Shown here one piece after another: positions 1 to 10,362 of a stretch of DNA of 64,000 nt. The stretch's first letter is position 1; every line of letters starts with the position of its first letter. Both the position numbers and the translations under genes were made by a program. The notes beneath the pieces were generated by a model. That model was not told where the DNA came from and ran no database searches. It saw only the letters and a list, made by a program, of their open reading frames with translations. Source of the DNA: Nostoc sp. (GTDB taxonomy: Bacteria > Cyanobacteriota > Cyanobacteriia > Cyanobacteriales > Nostocaceae); contig JBALDB010000039.1 of the NCBI GenBank assembly GCA_036918135.1, forward strand, positions 64,001 through 128,000, in the 5' to 3' direction.

Positions 1-48
1 TGCTAAGGCTTTGTGCAATCGTATCCAATCTGGTTTTTCATTAGTCAT
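1..48 (-). CDS. recG: ATP-dependent DNA helicase RecG, 5' end (runs off window)
   Basis: Minus strand from ATG at 48 reads MTNEKPDWIRLHKALA. This matches the cyanobacterial RecG N-terminal extension as I recall it, and fits the rpsB-tsf-hyp-recG synteny. Confidence 0.7.
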   Translation of the reverse strand, partial: MTNEKPDWIRLHKALA

Positions 49-206
49 TGGTCATTTGTCATTAGTCATTCTTACAAAGTTCCAATCGGAGGAAACCTCC
101 GCTCAACGCCACAAGATTCCGACGCAGGGCGACAGGAACGCAGTGGCTCGACTTTGCGCTTAGTCATTAGTCATTGGTCATTTGTCATTTGACTTTGGAC
201 AAAGGA
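41..206. repeat. STRR-type heptamer repeats (TTGGTCA/TTAGTCA/TTTGTCA) with a nested small dispersed repeat
   Basis: Tandem heptamers flank an AAAGTTCC...GGAGGAAACCTCC...GACTTTGCGCT element that contains an AACGCCAC...AACGCAGTGGCT insert. Confidence 0.75.
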
Positions 207-1079
207 CTAATCCTCAAACCAACTAGCACGCCATGCAGCTTCAGCTTCAGCAATTGCCCTTTCTCTAAGTTTCTTTTGATACTCTCGTTCTAGCTTGTTT
301 AGCTGAACTAAGATACTACGGATCTGCCTGCGTTCAGATGAGAGCGCAGGATCAGCAAATTCAATTTCTCCTAGTCGCAAATTAAGAGCCATAATCTGCG
401 TTAGACCAGAATCTTCTGATTGCTGCTCATTTTCAATTTCAATTACTAAGTTTAATAAGTTGGGTGGCCCAGGCATTACTTCAGTGGATGCTTCTGATTC
501 AGCCGCGGCTGCAGCCGCAGCTGCTAAAATTGGTTCTGGTAATTTTTGGGATAATATCCCGGCTTTCTGTAATAAAAGATTAGCATCATGGGAAACTTTC
601 TTCAGTATCTCTTGAGTAACCTGCTCTAAGTTATGTTGCCATTTTGACAGTTCTATAGGACTAGAAGTGTCTGGAGTAAAAGGTTGAAGGTTAGAGATAC
701 TAAGAAACACGGCAGATGATGAAGATGTTACTTCCTCATCCCCTTCATCCCCCTCATTCCCCTCATCTTTTTTATCCCCCTCATCTGCTGCTGCTTCCTC
801 ACTTTTAATATAAGTAAGGAACTGCTCAGCTGCCAGTTGACCTAACTTACGGATGGCTTGTTGCAATTGTTGGCGCTGATTTAATGACAAATGCAGGAAG
901 TTTTCGGGATACCCTTGAGTACAAAGGTGGTAAGTAGCTAGAATCAACTGTTTTTGTACGGCTAGCCCCAAGGTGGCTAGGTAACTAGCATAAGCGGTTT
1001 GTAGTTCTAGTGCGATCGCTCGAATCGCTTCTTTAAGTGCTGCAATATCCCGCTCAATTCGCTCGATTGCTCTTGCCAT
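207..1079 (-). CDS. conserved cyanobacterial hypothetical coiled-coil protein downstream of tsf
   Basis: 290-aa ORF, helical, with an acidic 9-bp-repeat-derived linker (DEG)n; ends AEAEAAWRASWFED. Confidence 0.85.
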   Translation of the reverse strand: MARAIERIERDIAALKEAIRAIALELQTAYASYLATLGLAVQKQLILATYHLCTQGYPENFLHLSLNQRQQLQQAIRKLGQLAAEQFLTYIKSEEAAADEGDKKDEGNEGDEGDEEVTSSSSAVFLSISNLQPFTPDTSSPIELSKWQHNLEQVTQEILKKVSHDANLLLQKAGILSQKLPEPILAAAAAAAAESEASTEVMPGPPNLLNLVIEIENEQQSEDSGLTQIMALNLRLGEIEFADPALSSERRQIRSILVQLNKLEREYQKKLRERAIAEAEAAWRASWFED

Positions 1080-1220
1080 AACTTCTCGTTCTTGCCCATA
1101 TCAACCATTACATAGTACAAATGTACAAATTTATTTTAAGATAACTTTCCCAAAAATTTTAAATGCTTCTTTATTAATAAAATACAGGTCAGGCTATTGG
1201 CTTGACCTGTCTGGTAAAGG

Positions 1221-1330
1221 GTCATTTGTCACTTGTACTTTGTCCTTTGTCCTTTGTCATTTGTTCTTTAGTTCTTTGTCGTTTGTTCTTTAACTAATCA
1301 CCAATGACTAATGACCAATGACCAATCACT
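1221..1330. repeat. STRR heptamer array (TTTGTC[A/C], with inverted TGACCAA/TGACTAA)
   Basis: Tandem 7-mers visible between tsf and the downstream gene. Confidence 0.75.
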
Positions 1331-1334
1331 AATA

Positions 1335-2279
1335 CTACTTGCCGCCCATTTGTGCGGCTACTTCTTCAGCAAAGTTACTTTCTTGCTTTTCAATGCCTTC
1401 GCCCAGTACATAGCGAACAAAGCGATTTACTTGGATGTCTTCGCCTACTTGTCCCTTGACTTGCTTCAACAATTCTTCTACAGAAATACTTTGATCCCGA
1501 ATATAAGGTTGATCTAGCAAAGCCATTTCTTTAAGGCGTTTTTCAATCCTTCCCTGGACAATCTTTTCTTTGATGTTATCTGGCTTATTTGCCAAATCAT
1601 CCTTGCCCATTTCAATATCTTTTTCTTTTTGAGCTACTTCAGCAGGAATTTGATCTACGCTGACATACTCGACATTAGGGCAGGCTGCAACTTGCATGGC
1701 TGCGTTCCGCGCCAAGCTCTGGAACTCTTCTTTGGCAGCAGCTGAATCAGTTTGGGAACCCAACTCTACCAATACACCTACTCGACCGCCAGTGTGAATG
1801 TAGCTGTCCACTACACCCGCAGTGCCTTTTGCTATTGTAAAATTGATAAATCGACGCAGTTGGATGTTTTCGCCAAGGGTACCAACAGTTTGCTTAATGA
1901 ATTCATCTACACTCACGCTTCGATCGCCAATGTAGGGTTGAGCTAATAAGGACTCAACACTATCAGCTGTTGTTGCTTGCTTAGCTAGGTTTTTAACCAA
2001 AGCTTTAAAAGCTTCGTTACGAGCAACAAAATCTGTTTGGCAGTTGACTTCTATGAGTACACCCACCTGACCACCGGGTTCAATGTAGGTGTCTACTAGA
2101 CCTTCAGCTGCAATGCGATCGCTTTTTTTACCCCCAGAAGCAATGCCCTTTTTCCGTAGCCAATCTATGGCTTCTTCGAGATTGCCATCAGTTTCTTTTA
2201 GTGCCTTTTTGCAGTCCATGATGCCAGCACCAGTTTTTTGGCGTAGCTCTTGGACGAGTTTTGCAGATATTTCCGCCAT
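1335..2279 (-). CDS. tsf: translation elongation factor Ts
   Basis: [39 protein letters not shown] motif. Confidence 0.99.
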   Translation of the reverse strand: MAEISAKLVQELRQKTGAGIMDCKKALKETDGNLEEAIDWLRKKGIASGGKKSDRIAAEGLVDTYIEPGGQVGVLIEVNCQTDFVARNEAFKALVKNLAKQATTADSVESLLAQPYIGDRSVSVDEFIKQTVGTLGENIQLRRFINFTIAKGTAGVVDSYIHTGGRVGVLVELGSQTDSAAAKEEFQSLARNAAMQVAACPNVEYVSVDQIPAEVAQKEKDIEMGKDDLANKPDNIKEKIVQGRIEKRLKEMALLDQPYIRDQSISVEELLKQVKGQVGEDIQVNRFVRYVLGEGIEKQESNFAEEVAAQMGGK

Positions 2280-2612
2280 GTTCCCTCAATTCCTAACTTG
2301 ACCTCGAGTTGTAATCGCTTATCTAGTTTAGTGCTGAGTCACCGTTCGCTATTAAGTCTCCGTTTGGGAAAGTTCAGATGTCTACTCTTGTCTACAAGAC
2401 GTTAACAGCGAACGACAAGCCGCCCTTTGGGCGTCTACAGCAAAAGCTGCTCTCAACTCCTGGCTGAGTTTTGAGTGCTGAGTTTTAAGTGTTTAATTAT
2501 CAATTTAGAATTGATGACTCACAACTTATAACTTCAAAAATCAAGACTCAGCACTATCCAATTTGCTGAGTATTTCTATCTTACTCAGCACTTTTGCACC
2601 AAGCACCAAGCA

Positions 2613-3410
2613 TTATTCATCATCTTCATCATCATCGGGAATCAGGCTGTCAGTATACTCACCTTCATCGTAGTCTTCGTCATACTCAGCACCTTCGTAA
2701 TCCTCGTAATCCTCTTCAGCTTCGAGTTGACCGTGACGACCTTCATAAATGGCATCTGCCAATTTTCCGACTATCAGCTTAATCGATCTGATAGCATCGT
2801 CATTTGCTGGTATGGGGATATCAACTACATCCGGGTCGCAGTTTGTATCCAGCATGGACACAATAGGAATGTTAAGTTTTTGGCATTCTTGAACAGCGTT
2901 ATATTCCCGTCGTTGGTCTACAATCACCACGATATCGGGGACTTTCCGCATTGTTTTAATGCCACCCAAGTATTTTTGCAGCTTCGTCATTTCCCGACGT
3001 AGCATTGAGGCTTCTTTTTTCGGCAATAAATCCAGCGCGCCGCTTTCTTCCCGGCGTTCCAAATCTTTCAGACGGTCTACCCGTGTTTTGATGGTTGCCC
3101 AGTTGGTCAACATTCCGCCTAACCAGCGCTGGTTAATATAGTGCGAACCGCAACGGCTGGCTTCTTGGGCAATGATTCCAGCGGCTTGCCGCTTGGTGCC
3201 AACGAAAAGAAATTTCTTTCCTTGTTCTGCCTGCGATCGCATATAAGTATAAGCATCTTCCATCAACTGGGCAGTCTGCACCAAGTCGATGATATGTACA
3301 CCATTGCGAGAAGTGTAAATATATGGAGACATTTTTGGGTTCCAACGCCGAGTTTGATGCCCAAAGTGAACCCCTGACTCCATCATTTGAGCCAATGAAA
3401 CAACTGGCAT
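2613..3410 (-). CDS. rpsB: 30S ribosomal protein S2
   Basis: [22 protein letters not shown] and [10 protein letters not shown] motifs. Confidence 0.99.
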   Translation of the reverse strand: MPVVSLAQMMESGVHFGHQTRRWNPKMSPYIYTSRNGVHIIDLVQTAQLMEDAYTYMRSQAEQGKKFLFVGTKRQAAGIIAQEASRCGSHYINQRWLGGMLTNWATIKTRVDRLKDLERREESGALDLLPKKEASMLRREMTKLQKYLGGIKTMRKVPDIVVIVDQRREYNAVQECQKLNIPIVSMLDTNCDPDVVDIPIPANDDAIRSIKLIVGKLADAIYEGRHGQLEAEEDYEDYEGAEYDEDYDEGEYTDSLIPDDDEDDE

Positions 3411-3424
3411 ATATTTTTTGAACT

Positions 3425-3495
3425 CCGATTCGGGTTAAACCTCCACCTAAGCGTATTTCCTCATTGGGAAACACCCGAATTCTTAGATGTGCGAG
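3425..3495 (-). ncRNA. rpsB 5' leader (S2/t44-type autogenous operator)
   Basis: Minus strand reads CGCACATCTAAG-AATTCGGGTG-TTTCC...GGAAA-TACG-CTTAGGTGGAGGTTTAACCCGAA. It has a CATCTAAG/CTTAGGTG stem and GGGT/ACCC complementarity, as in rpsB leaders. A TAGTAT -10-like hexamer lies at 3507-3512. Confidence 0.7.
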
Positions 3496-3545
3496 ATTAG
3501 TTAACCATACTAGGTTAGCATATTTGCCAGGGCATTGGCTAAACA

Positions 3546-3660
3546 GGGAGTGTGGGAGGTCTGGGAGGTGTGGGAGGATGGGAAAGAAATCTTTCCCCCC
3601 TCTCCCCCCACACTCCCCACACTTCCCTATCTCCTTGTCTCCCCATCTCCTCATCTCCCC
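3546..3660. repeat. 9-bp purine-rich repeats (GGGAGGTGT-like) and their inverted copies
   Basis: (gggaggtgt)n followed by (ccacacttc)n; a similar array lies at 7290-7420. Confidence 0.7.
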
Positions 3661-3668
3661 ATGCCCAA

Positions 3669-4724
3669 CTATGCAAACTCAATAGTCTCAACAAACTCTA
3701 AAATATTCTCCTTAATGTATTCGGCTTCTTCTTCAACAGAATCAGGAGTTTCGCCGTTAAAAAAGCTGTGCTGGCTGCTAACTATATACAAAAATTCACC
3801 ACTGATAAACGCGAGCAGCCCTCGATAAGCATCTAATCTAACAGGAGTTCCATTATTTTCTTGCTTAGAAATCGTTGAACCTTTAGGCATATCAACTAAT
3901 ACGTAGTAAGCACCTTGGAGAATGTCCTCAAAATAATCAGTATATTCTATAGTAGCATCTGGTACATTTGCCAAAATTGCTTGGGGCACGTACTTGTCTA
4001 CTAAGATTGCTCGTAGATATTTTTGTTGTCCAGCAGACTCCATTTCCTCTAGCTGTTCTAGGGAGAAAGGATAATAATCGATTCTCAGTAAAGTACCAAT
4101 GTCATCAGAAAAGCCAACTACTCCTTCCTGACTTTGAATTTTACCGCCGTTTTCGGGGTCAACTGGAATTGGTACTGTAAAATTACCTAAGGGGGATTCA
4201 TAAGTCTGTTGACTATATTCTTCTATAACTACTGTTTCATCTTCGTCATCTTCATCTGCATATTCTTCCTCTTCTGCTTCTTCAAAAGCTGCAATTACTT
4301 CCTTAATGATTTCTTCTGCTTCTTCATCTTCAAGTTCCAAGGCTGTTTGTAGCTTTTTGAGGTAGGCTCGTTTCTGTTTGGCAATGGCAAGTTGATCGTC
4401 TAAAAGCACTATTACACCTGCGGCAAAACCATCCAATACTAATTCATCCGAAAGAGAAATTTTGGCAGTATTAAATAAGGAAGCGAGTCCTTCGTCTTCT
4501 GCAATACCTATGAGTCGATCGACGATTCCGACAATTTCATCTTCTGAGTATTCCTCAAAGACCTCGAATTCCCAAAGGATTCCTGCTAAACTTTCTGCAT
4601 CTACATCTTCTATGGATAAATCAGCGATCGCTGTAACAGTTGCGATCGCAGCCACAGCTTCCTCTGGACTTAATGATTCCTCTGATGCCTCTGATGAGTT
4701 AAAAATCTTGTCATATTTGCTCAT
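3669..4724 (-). CDS. acidic protein with an N-terminal TerB-like domain
   Basis: LSPEEAVAAIATVTAIAD...KKLQTALELEDEEAEEII resembles cyanobacterial TerB-family helices; the C-terminal domain is unassigned. Confidence 0.7.
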   Translation of the reverse strand: MSKYDKIFNSSEASEESLSPEEAVAAIATVTAIADLSIEDVDAESLAGILWEFEVFEEYSEDEIVGIVDRLIGIAEDEGLASLFNTAKISLSDELVLDGFAAGVIVLLDDQLAIAKQKRAYLKKLQTALELEDEEAEEIIKEVIAAFEEAEEEEYADEDDEDETVVIEEYSQQTYESPLGNFTVPIPVDPENGGKIQSQEGVVGFSDDIGTLLRIDYYPFSLEQLEEMESAGQQKYLRAILVDKYVPQAILANVPDATIEYTDYFEDILQGAYYVLVDMPKGSTISKQENNGTPVRLDAYRGLLAFISGEFLYIVSSQHSFFNGETPDSVEEEAEYIKENILEFVETIEFA

Positions 4725-5341
4725 AATTGTTACCAGCAGCGATTGCTTTTTAGTAATAACAGTTTGAAAGTGGCAATGGTCAGTTTAGCAATGGAGTAAA
4801 TCTCCAATAGAGAAACTTTAGTAACATGTGGATTACACAGATTGAATTTGAGATTTGAGATTAAAAGTCTTTACACAATATAGTGTTCGCTATAATTTAA
4901 ATAACACTATATTTTGTAGTACTTAATGTTTGGTTGTGCTAATCAAGGCTTGTTCTAATCTAGCTGCACAAATTCTTGACTTTCCCTTTCCTGATTAGTG
5001 ACATACACAAAGCAATGGTTATGTTTTCGTAATAACTCGTATTTAACAAATAAACTAAGTGTTTTTAATAACATTAAAAATAGTATTACTAACGTAGATT
5101 TAAATAAAAATTAATAGTAAAATTTTTTACGATTCAGCAATGACCGTTAAAAACTGCTATATTCCTTTGTTTTTATCCTCTAACAGATGAATTATATCTA
5201 CCGATAGAATTATAAACTAGCTAGCGATAGATACCTACATCGCGAGCAGGATGTCAAAATACCGAAGTTTGTAATTACACAAAATATTTAAAATACTTAT
5301 TGGGTATACAAACGTAAATTCAGTGGAATTTTGAGTTTTTT

Positions 5342-7270
5342 ATGGTAAAAACCCCTCCATCCCAATTTTCGCCAGATCAATATAAAGTAGATCCTGCAAA
5401 GGAAAACGTAGAAGCTCTTATACAAGAACCGCAGTTAGATATTGAAATTGCTCTAGAGTTCCTTTACACCAGAGATATTGAATTTCGTCAAGAAACAATT
5501 TATTTTCTCGTAGTCGATCGCTTTTATGATGGGGATCGAGATAATAGCGAAGGTGCAAACTCAGAACTGTACGATCCAGATAAGCAAGATTGGGGTAAGT
5601 ACTGGGGTGGCGATTTGCAAGGTGTGATCGATAAATTAGATTATCTCAAAAACATGGGAGTGACGGCCCTTTGGTTGACTCCGCTATTTGAGCAGGTGGA
5701 AGAGTTATTTGTTGGGAATGCAGCAATACATGGCTATTGGACAAAAGACTTTAAGCGACTCAATCCTCGTTACATTGCTAACAAAGAGAACCCTTCTTTA
5801 AACGCTACTCAAGAAGAAAAAAATACGACCTTCGATCGCTTAATTGCAGAAATGCATCAGCGCAATATGAAGCTAGTGCTAGATATTGTCTGCAACCATA
5901 GCACACCTGATACTAGCGGTAGTAAAGGTGAATTATATGATGATGGGGTCAAAATTGCTGACTTCAATGATGATGCCAATCATTGGTATCACCACTATGG
6001 CGAAGTGCAAAACTGGGAAGACGAATGGCAAGTGCAGAACTGTGAATTATCCGGTCTAGCAACCTTCAATGAAAATAATACTGAATATCGAGAGTATATC
6101 AAGTCAGCAATTAAACAATGGCTAGACCGAGGTGTAGATGCATTGCGGGTGGATACAGTCAAGCACATGCCTATCTGGTTTTGGCAAGAATTCACTGGCG
6201 ATATGAGCAATCACAAACCAGATGTGTTTATTTTTGGTGAATGGATTTACAGTAATCCTACTGACGAGCGCTCGGTGGAATTTACTAACCACTCAGGCAT
6301 GACACTTCTAGACTTTGGGTTGTGTGTGGCAATTCGAGCAGCACTAGCGCAAGGTTCAGAAATGGGATTCCAAACAATTCAATACATTTTTGACCAGGAT
6401 TATCGCTACAAGGGGGCGACAGAGCTAGTCACCTTTATTGATAACCACGATATGTCCCGCTTCCAATCGTTGAACCCCGACCCAGCAATGCTGAAGGTGG
6501 CGATCGCCTTAATTATGACTTGTCGCGGTATTCCCTGCATATATTACGGCACAGAACAGTATTTGCATGATGACACCGATGGCGGTAACGATCCATATAA
6601 TCGCCCAATGATGGAAAATTGGGATACTAATAGTGAAATTTATCGTTGCATCAGGCTGTTATCTGGCTTACGACGACTCAATCCAGCCGTGTCAATGGGT
6701 AGCCACTGGCAAAAATACTTAACACCTGATATTTACTGCTATGTACGCCGTTATCGTGACTCTGTGTGTTTTGTAGCTTTAAATCGGGGAGGAGAAGTCA
6801 CCTTACCAGAAGTAGAAACAGAATTGCCCGATGGAGAACACACTTGTATAGTGACTCGCAATAAGTATGAAGTCAAAGATGGAAAAATTTATAATTGGCA
6901 ACTCGAAGAACGGGGAGTAATTGTTTTGAGCCACGTCGGAGAGCGGATTAAAGCTCAGACTATAGTGCGGGTACAACTCAACGGCGTGCAGACCCAACCA
7001 GGTGAAATTATTGTTGTGACTGGAGACTGCCCAGAGTTAGGCAACTGGGATATCAGCAAAGCCTATCCCCTAGAGTACATTAACACTAATACTTGGTTTG
7101 CAGAAATTCCCTTTAATGAGAGTGCCGGAAATCTCATATCTTACAAATATGCCATGTGGCGGCAAGGGCGGTCGCCTCTGCGGGAAAATCTCGTTAACCG
7201 CCGCTGGGTGATTGCCAAAGAAGGTACTGTCAAATGGCGTGATACCTGGGCCTCTGGACCAGAATCGTAG
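5342..7270 (+). CDS. GH13 alpha-amylase / cyclomaltodextrin glucanotransferase with C-terminal CBM20
   Basis: YWGGDLQG, HGYW, DIVCNH, LRVDTVKH, GEW and FIDNHD catalytic regions; C-terminal VTGDCPELGNWD starch-binding domain. Confidence 0.92.
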   Translation: MVKTPPSQFSPDQYKVDPAKENVEALIQEPQLDIEIALEFLYTRDIEFRQETIYFLVVDRFYDGDRDNSEGANSELYDPDKQDWGKYWGGDLQGVIDKLDYLKNMGVTALWLTPLFEQVEELFVGNAAIHGYWTKDFKRLNPRYIANKENPSLNATQEEKNTTFDRLIAEMHQRNMKLVLDIVCNHSTPDTSGSKGELYDDGVKIADFNDDANHWYHHYGEVQNWEDEWQVQNCELSGLATFNENNTEYREYIKSAIKQWLDRGVDALRVDTVKHMPIWFWQEFTGDMSNHKPDVFIFGEWIYSNPTDERSVEFTNHSGMTLLDFGLCVAIRAALAQGSEMGFQTIQYIFDQDYRYKGATELVTFIDNHDMSRFQSLNPDPAMLKVAIALIMTCRGIPCIYYGTEQYLHDDTDGGNDPYNRPMMENWDTNSEIYRCIRLLSGLRRLNPAVSMGSHWQKYLTPDIYCYVRRYRDSVCFVALNRGGEVTLPEVETELPDGEHTCIVTRNKYEVKDGKIYNWQLEERGVIVLSHVGERIKAQTIVRVQLNGVQTQPGEIIVVTGDCPELGNWDISKAYPLEYINTNTWFAEIPFNESAGNLISYKYAMWRQGRSPLRENLVNRRWVIAKEGTVKWRDTWASGPES

Positions 7271-7289
7271 AATTGGGGCTTGGGGCAAA

Positions 7290-7420
7290 TAGGGAGTGTG
7301 GGAGGTGTGGGAGGATGGGGAAGAAATGCAGGTGTGGGAAGATGGGGAAGATGGGGAAGAAATCTTTTCCCCCACACTTCCCACACTTCCCACACCTCCT
7401 CTTTCTCCCACACTCCCCAC
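7290..7420. repeat. 9-bp purine-rich tandem/inverted repeats
   Basis: (gggaagatg/gggaggtgt)n followed by (cccacactt)n; could form a long hairpin after the amylase gene. Confidence 0.7.
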
Positions 7421-7710
7421 TTACAAGTTGAATTAGGTTTATAGCAGGGAGTTTATCAGAATGTGGAATTACACTGGCTGCGTTGGCGGGATTTACAAGG
7501 TAACTTGCTGCTAACTGGCTCCCAAAGAGCAGAACCCCTAACCGTTCAATTGCGTAGACGTGGAGCGGCTTGTCGTTAGACATCGCTCGGTCTTGAACCA
7601 GAAGCTTAATATTTTGCTATCAATTATTAATTGAATATGACTGGTGTAAAATTATCATCTGTGGCTTAATTTCTTTAGACACAGATTTTACTGCTAACAG
7701 GGTAATCACG

Positions 7711-8868
7711 ATGACAAATAAACCTCCTTCCGAACCTGAGTCATCTCAAAGAACTGCCCTTGGCTTTGATGAATTTATAGCCATTCTGGTTGCTTTCACT
7801 ACTATCGGAGCAATTCTTTTTTGGTCATTGTCTCGCAGAGATTCTAGCTGGAATTTCAACACTTTGCTGCCACCTGCCTCCACCCCGTTTGGTAGGGTTG
7901 AACCAAATCAAGTATTGCCCTCCCCTACTTCCAAAGTAGAACCAAATACAGCCTCCGAATTTAACTCGTCTCCTCCTGCAACTGTTGAACCTAAGACACC
8001 TTCCCTGACTAATAGCGCAACTCCTTCGCCTGAAGTATTACCACCTGCTGAGGTAACCCCGACTCAATCCCCACAACCACAGACCTCTGTACCCTCTTCA
8101 GTAGACCTTGAGTCATCAATTACATCATCGGCGTTGCCTTTAGTAACTCCAGCAAAACAAAAATCGATTATTCCGCCGCCAATTGCATTTAACGATGTGC
8201 CTAATAACTTCTGGAGTCGGCGTTTTATAGATGCTCTTTCTTCGCGTGGTATTCTTAAGGGGTTTCCTGACTATTCTTTTAGGCCAAATCAGCCTGTAAA
8301 CCGTGCTGAATTTGCTGCCATACTGGAAAAAGCTTTTGACCAAGAACTATCTAAAAGTACGATCGCATTTCAAGATGTACCAGTAAAATTCTGGGCAAAT
8401 CCAGCAATTAACCAAGCCATCAGTAGTGGATTTCTCAAAGGTTATCCAAAAAACACCTTCAAGCCACAACAAAATATTTCGAGAGTCCAAGTTTTAGTAG
8501 CTCTTGTTAGTGGATTGAATTTGAAAACACCTACTTCGCCAAATCAGATTTTAAGTATTTATAGAGATGCAAAAGAGATTCCGCCGTATGCTAACAGCAA
8601 AATAGCTGCTGCTACAGCTAATGGACTTGTAGTTAACTATCCAAACCCACAAGTCCTTGCTCCTAACAAAGTAGCGACTCGCGCTGAAGTGGCGGCGATG
8701 ATTCATCAAGCTTTAGTCAAACAAGGCAAGTTGAAAGGAATTTCATCTGAAAACATTGTACGTAGGCATAGCCAGCCGCAGGCATCGCCAAACATATCTT
8801 CAGAACCTTCGTACACTCCAAAACAGAACCCAAAGGTTAACTTATCAGCAGGCGGATCATCTCAATAA
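7711..8868 (+). CDS. S-layer homology (SLH) domain protein with N-terminal TM helix and Pro/Ser/Thr linker
   Basis: Three SLH repeats (GFPDYSFRPNQPVNRAE, GYPKNTFKPQQNISRVQ, NYPNPQVLAPNKVATRAE). Confidence 0.92.
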   Translation: MTNKPPSEPESSQRTALGFDEFIAILVAFTTIGAILFWSLSRRDSSWNFNTLLPPASTPFGRVEPNQVLPSPTSKVEPNTASEFNSSPPATVEPKTPSLTNSATPSPEVLPPAEVTPTQSPQPQTSVPSSVDLESSITSSALPLVTPAKQKSIIPPPIAFNDVPNNFWSRRFIDALSSRGILKGFPDYSFRPNQPVNRAEFAAILEKAFDQELSKSTIAFQDVPVKFWANPAINQAISSGFLKGYPKNTFKPQQNISRVQVLVALVSGLNLKTPTSPNQILSIYRDAKEIPPYANSKIAAATANGLVVNYPNPQVLAPNKVATRAEVAAMIHQALVKQGKLKGISSENIVRRHSQPQASPNISSEPSYTPKQNPKVNLSAGGSSQ

Positions 8869-8891
8869 ACTACCATTTTGAATTTTAGATA

Positions 8892-9013
8892 TATTTACAC
8901 ATATGTAATGCGTGTTCACCATACTTTTTGCCATTCTTGCGGATATGAGTTGATGCACACTTTGGACATTGCATAGCGCATCGCTCAAATTCATACTTCA
9001 ATTATGCAACGCC
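8892..9013 (-). mobile_element. IS1-family left-end remnant (terminal repeat plus InsA N-terminus)
   Basis: Minus strand begins GGCGTTGCATAATTGAAGTATGAA. ATG at 8974 reads MQCPKCASTHIRKNGKKYGE, then (frameshifted) HYICVN, an InsA-type zinc-ribbon start. Confidence 0.8.
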
Positions 9014-9300
9014 AAAAAGTTGCTAACCAGCTTCAAATCAGCGAGTGGACTGTTTCTGCTCACCTGCGCCGGATTTTTATTAAGCTGAAAGTAGATAGTC
9101 GCTCGGCTATGGTCTACCGTTGTGCTTCACTGATTAATCGTTTACACGAGTTACGCACAATACAAGGTCAAATGTCCTCAACTAGCCAACCTGAAGACGT
9201 TGATAAATCAACCACCAACGAACAAACTCTTGAGTATGAGATGGCAGAAATCCATCGCTTACTTTCCTTTGTTACAACTTCAAGCTTAACGTCCCAATAA
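9014..9300 (+). pseudogene. 5'-truncated LuxR-family HTH regulator
   Basis: VANQLQISEWTVSAHLRRIFIKLKVDSR is the second half of a LuxR HTH. The first helices are missing, and the ORF's ATG (9004) lies inside the IS end. Confidence 0.75.
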
Positions 9301-9509
9301 AGTAGGAAATGAGTTTTTTACATACGTTCCAGTCGCGCCTTTGACCTCACTACAATACCTCATGCGACCATTGTTCCGAATTTGGACGAGAATTATGTCT
9401 CAAATCTACCTGTGGGTACTTTGATTTTTTCTTTTACCTCAAAGTATAGATTTATAATCAAAATTTGAGTTAGTAAATAAGAGGAATCTCTAAACAACAA
9501 AAACTACTA

Positions 9510-10139
9510 ATGTCTGAAGATAAACTAAATTCAAAAGATTCACCGCAAGTATCGTATGAAACACATCACCAAACTATCTTGCCTACAGCCCCATTACCGG
9601 AACCGATTAGTCAAAATATCGAAACAATCATAGCCTTACATAAACGCTCCGAGAAGGACGTACCTAAACATCAGCGGCTTGTAGAGACAGGAACTGCCTT
9701 TTTTGGTCGTCCGATATTCCTTTATAGCATCCTACTCTTCCTAGTGTTGTGGATAATACCCAATGTTTTACCGCGACGTTTCGGCTTACTAAGATTTGAC
9801 CCACCGCCATTTTCTTGGCTACAATTTTCACTAACTACTGCTTCATTGTTGGTAACAACTGGGGTGTTGATTAAACAAGAGCGACAAGAAAAGTTAGCAG
9901 AGCAACGGGCCCAACTTAGCCTTCAACTCAACCTGCTCTCAGAGCAGAAAATTGCTAAACTCATCGCTTTAGTTGAAGAATTGCGCCGGGATATTCCCAA
10001 TGTCAAAAATCGCTATGACCCGGAAGCTGAAATGATGAAGTCCCCTACTGATGCACACGCAATTTTAGATGTACTAGAAGAGACTTTAGCATCAGAGTTA
10101 GCAAATTTCTCTCAGCAAGAAACATCAATCCAAGAATAA
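9510..10139 (+). CDS. DUF1003 membrane protein
   Basis: FDPPPFSWLQF...VLIKQERQ...LQLNLLSEQKI pattern with two TM segments. Confidence 0.85.
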   Translation: MSEDKLNSKDSPQVSYETHHQTILPTAPLPEPISQNIETIIALHKRSEKDVPKHQRLVETGTAFFGRPIFLYSILLFLVLWIIPNVLPRRFGLLRFDPPPFSWLQFSLTTASLLVTTGVLIKQERQEKLAEQRAQLSLQLNLLSEQKIAKLIALVEELRRDIPNVKNRYDPEAEMMKSPTDAHAILDVLEETLASELANFSQQETSIQE

Positions 10140-10250
10140 TATCGTGTCCGGTTAAAGACTTATGATTTAAATCTCAGGAGGACAGGGAGAAAGAGGCTTT
10201 TCCGATTTTTACGCAGATGTGGTAATCATAAGTGATTAACCGTATTTAAT
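10139..10250. mobile_element. small MITE-like element with imperfect terminal inverted repeats
   Basis: Left end CGGTTAAAGACTTATGATT; right end AATCATAAGTGATTAACCG. Confidence 0.55.
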
Positions 10251-10362
10251 CAAATATATTAGTAATTTTTATCACTAATATATTATCTTTATTCACCCTA
10301 CCTTGCTTACTCGTTTTCCCCTAGAGCCTCTTCTCCATGCCCTATAATTTGTATAAAATTAT

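Noticed and set aside
3133..3828. 173-aa, 73-aa and 97-aa ORFs over the rpsB upstream region (similarly 7070-7583)
   Set aside because: Produced by stop-free 9-bp repeats and overlapping real genes.
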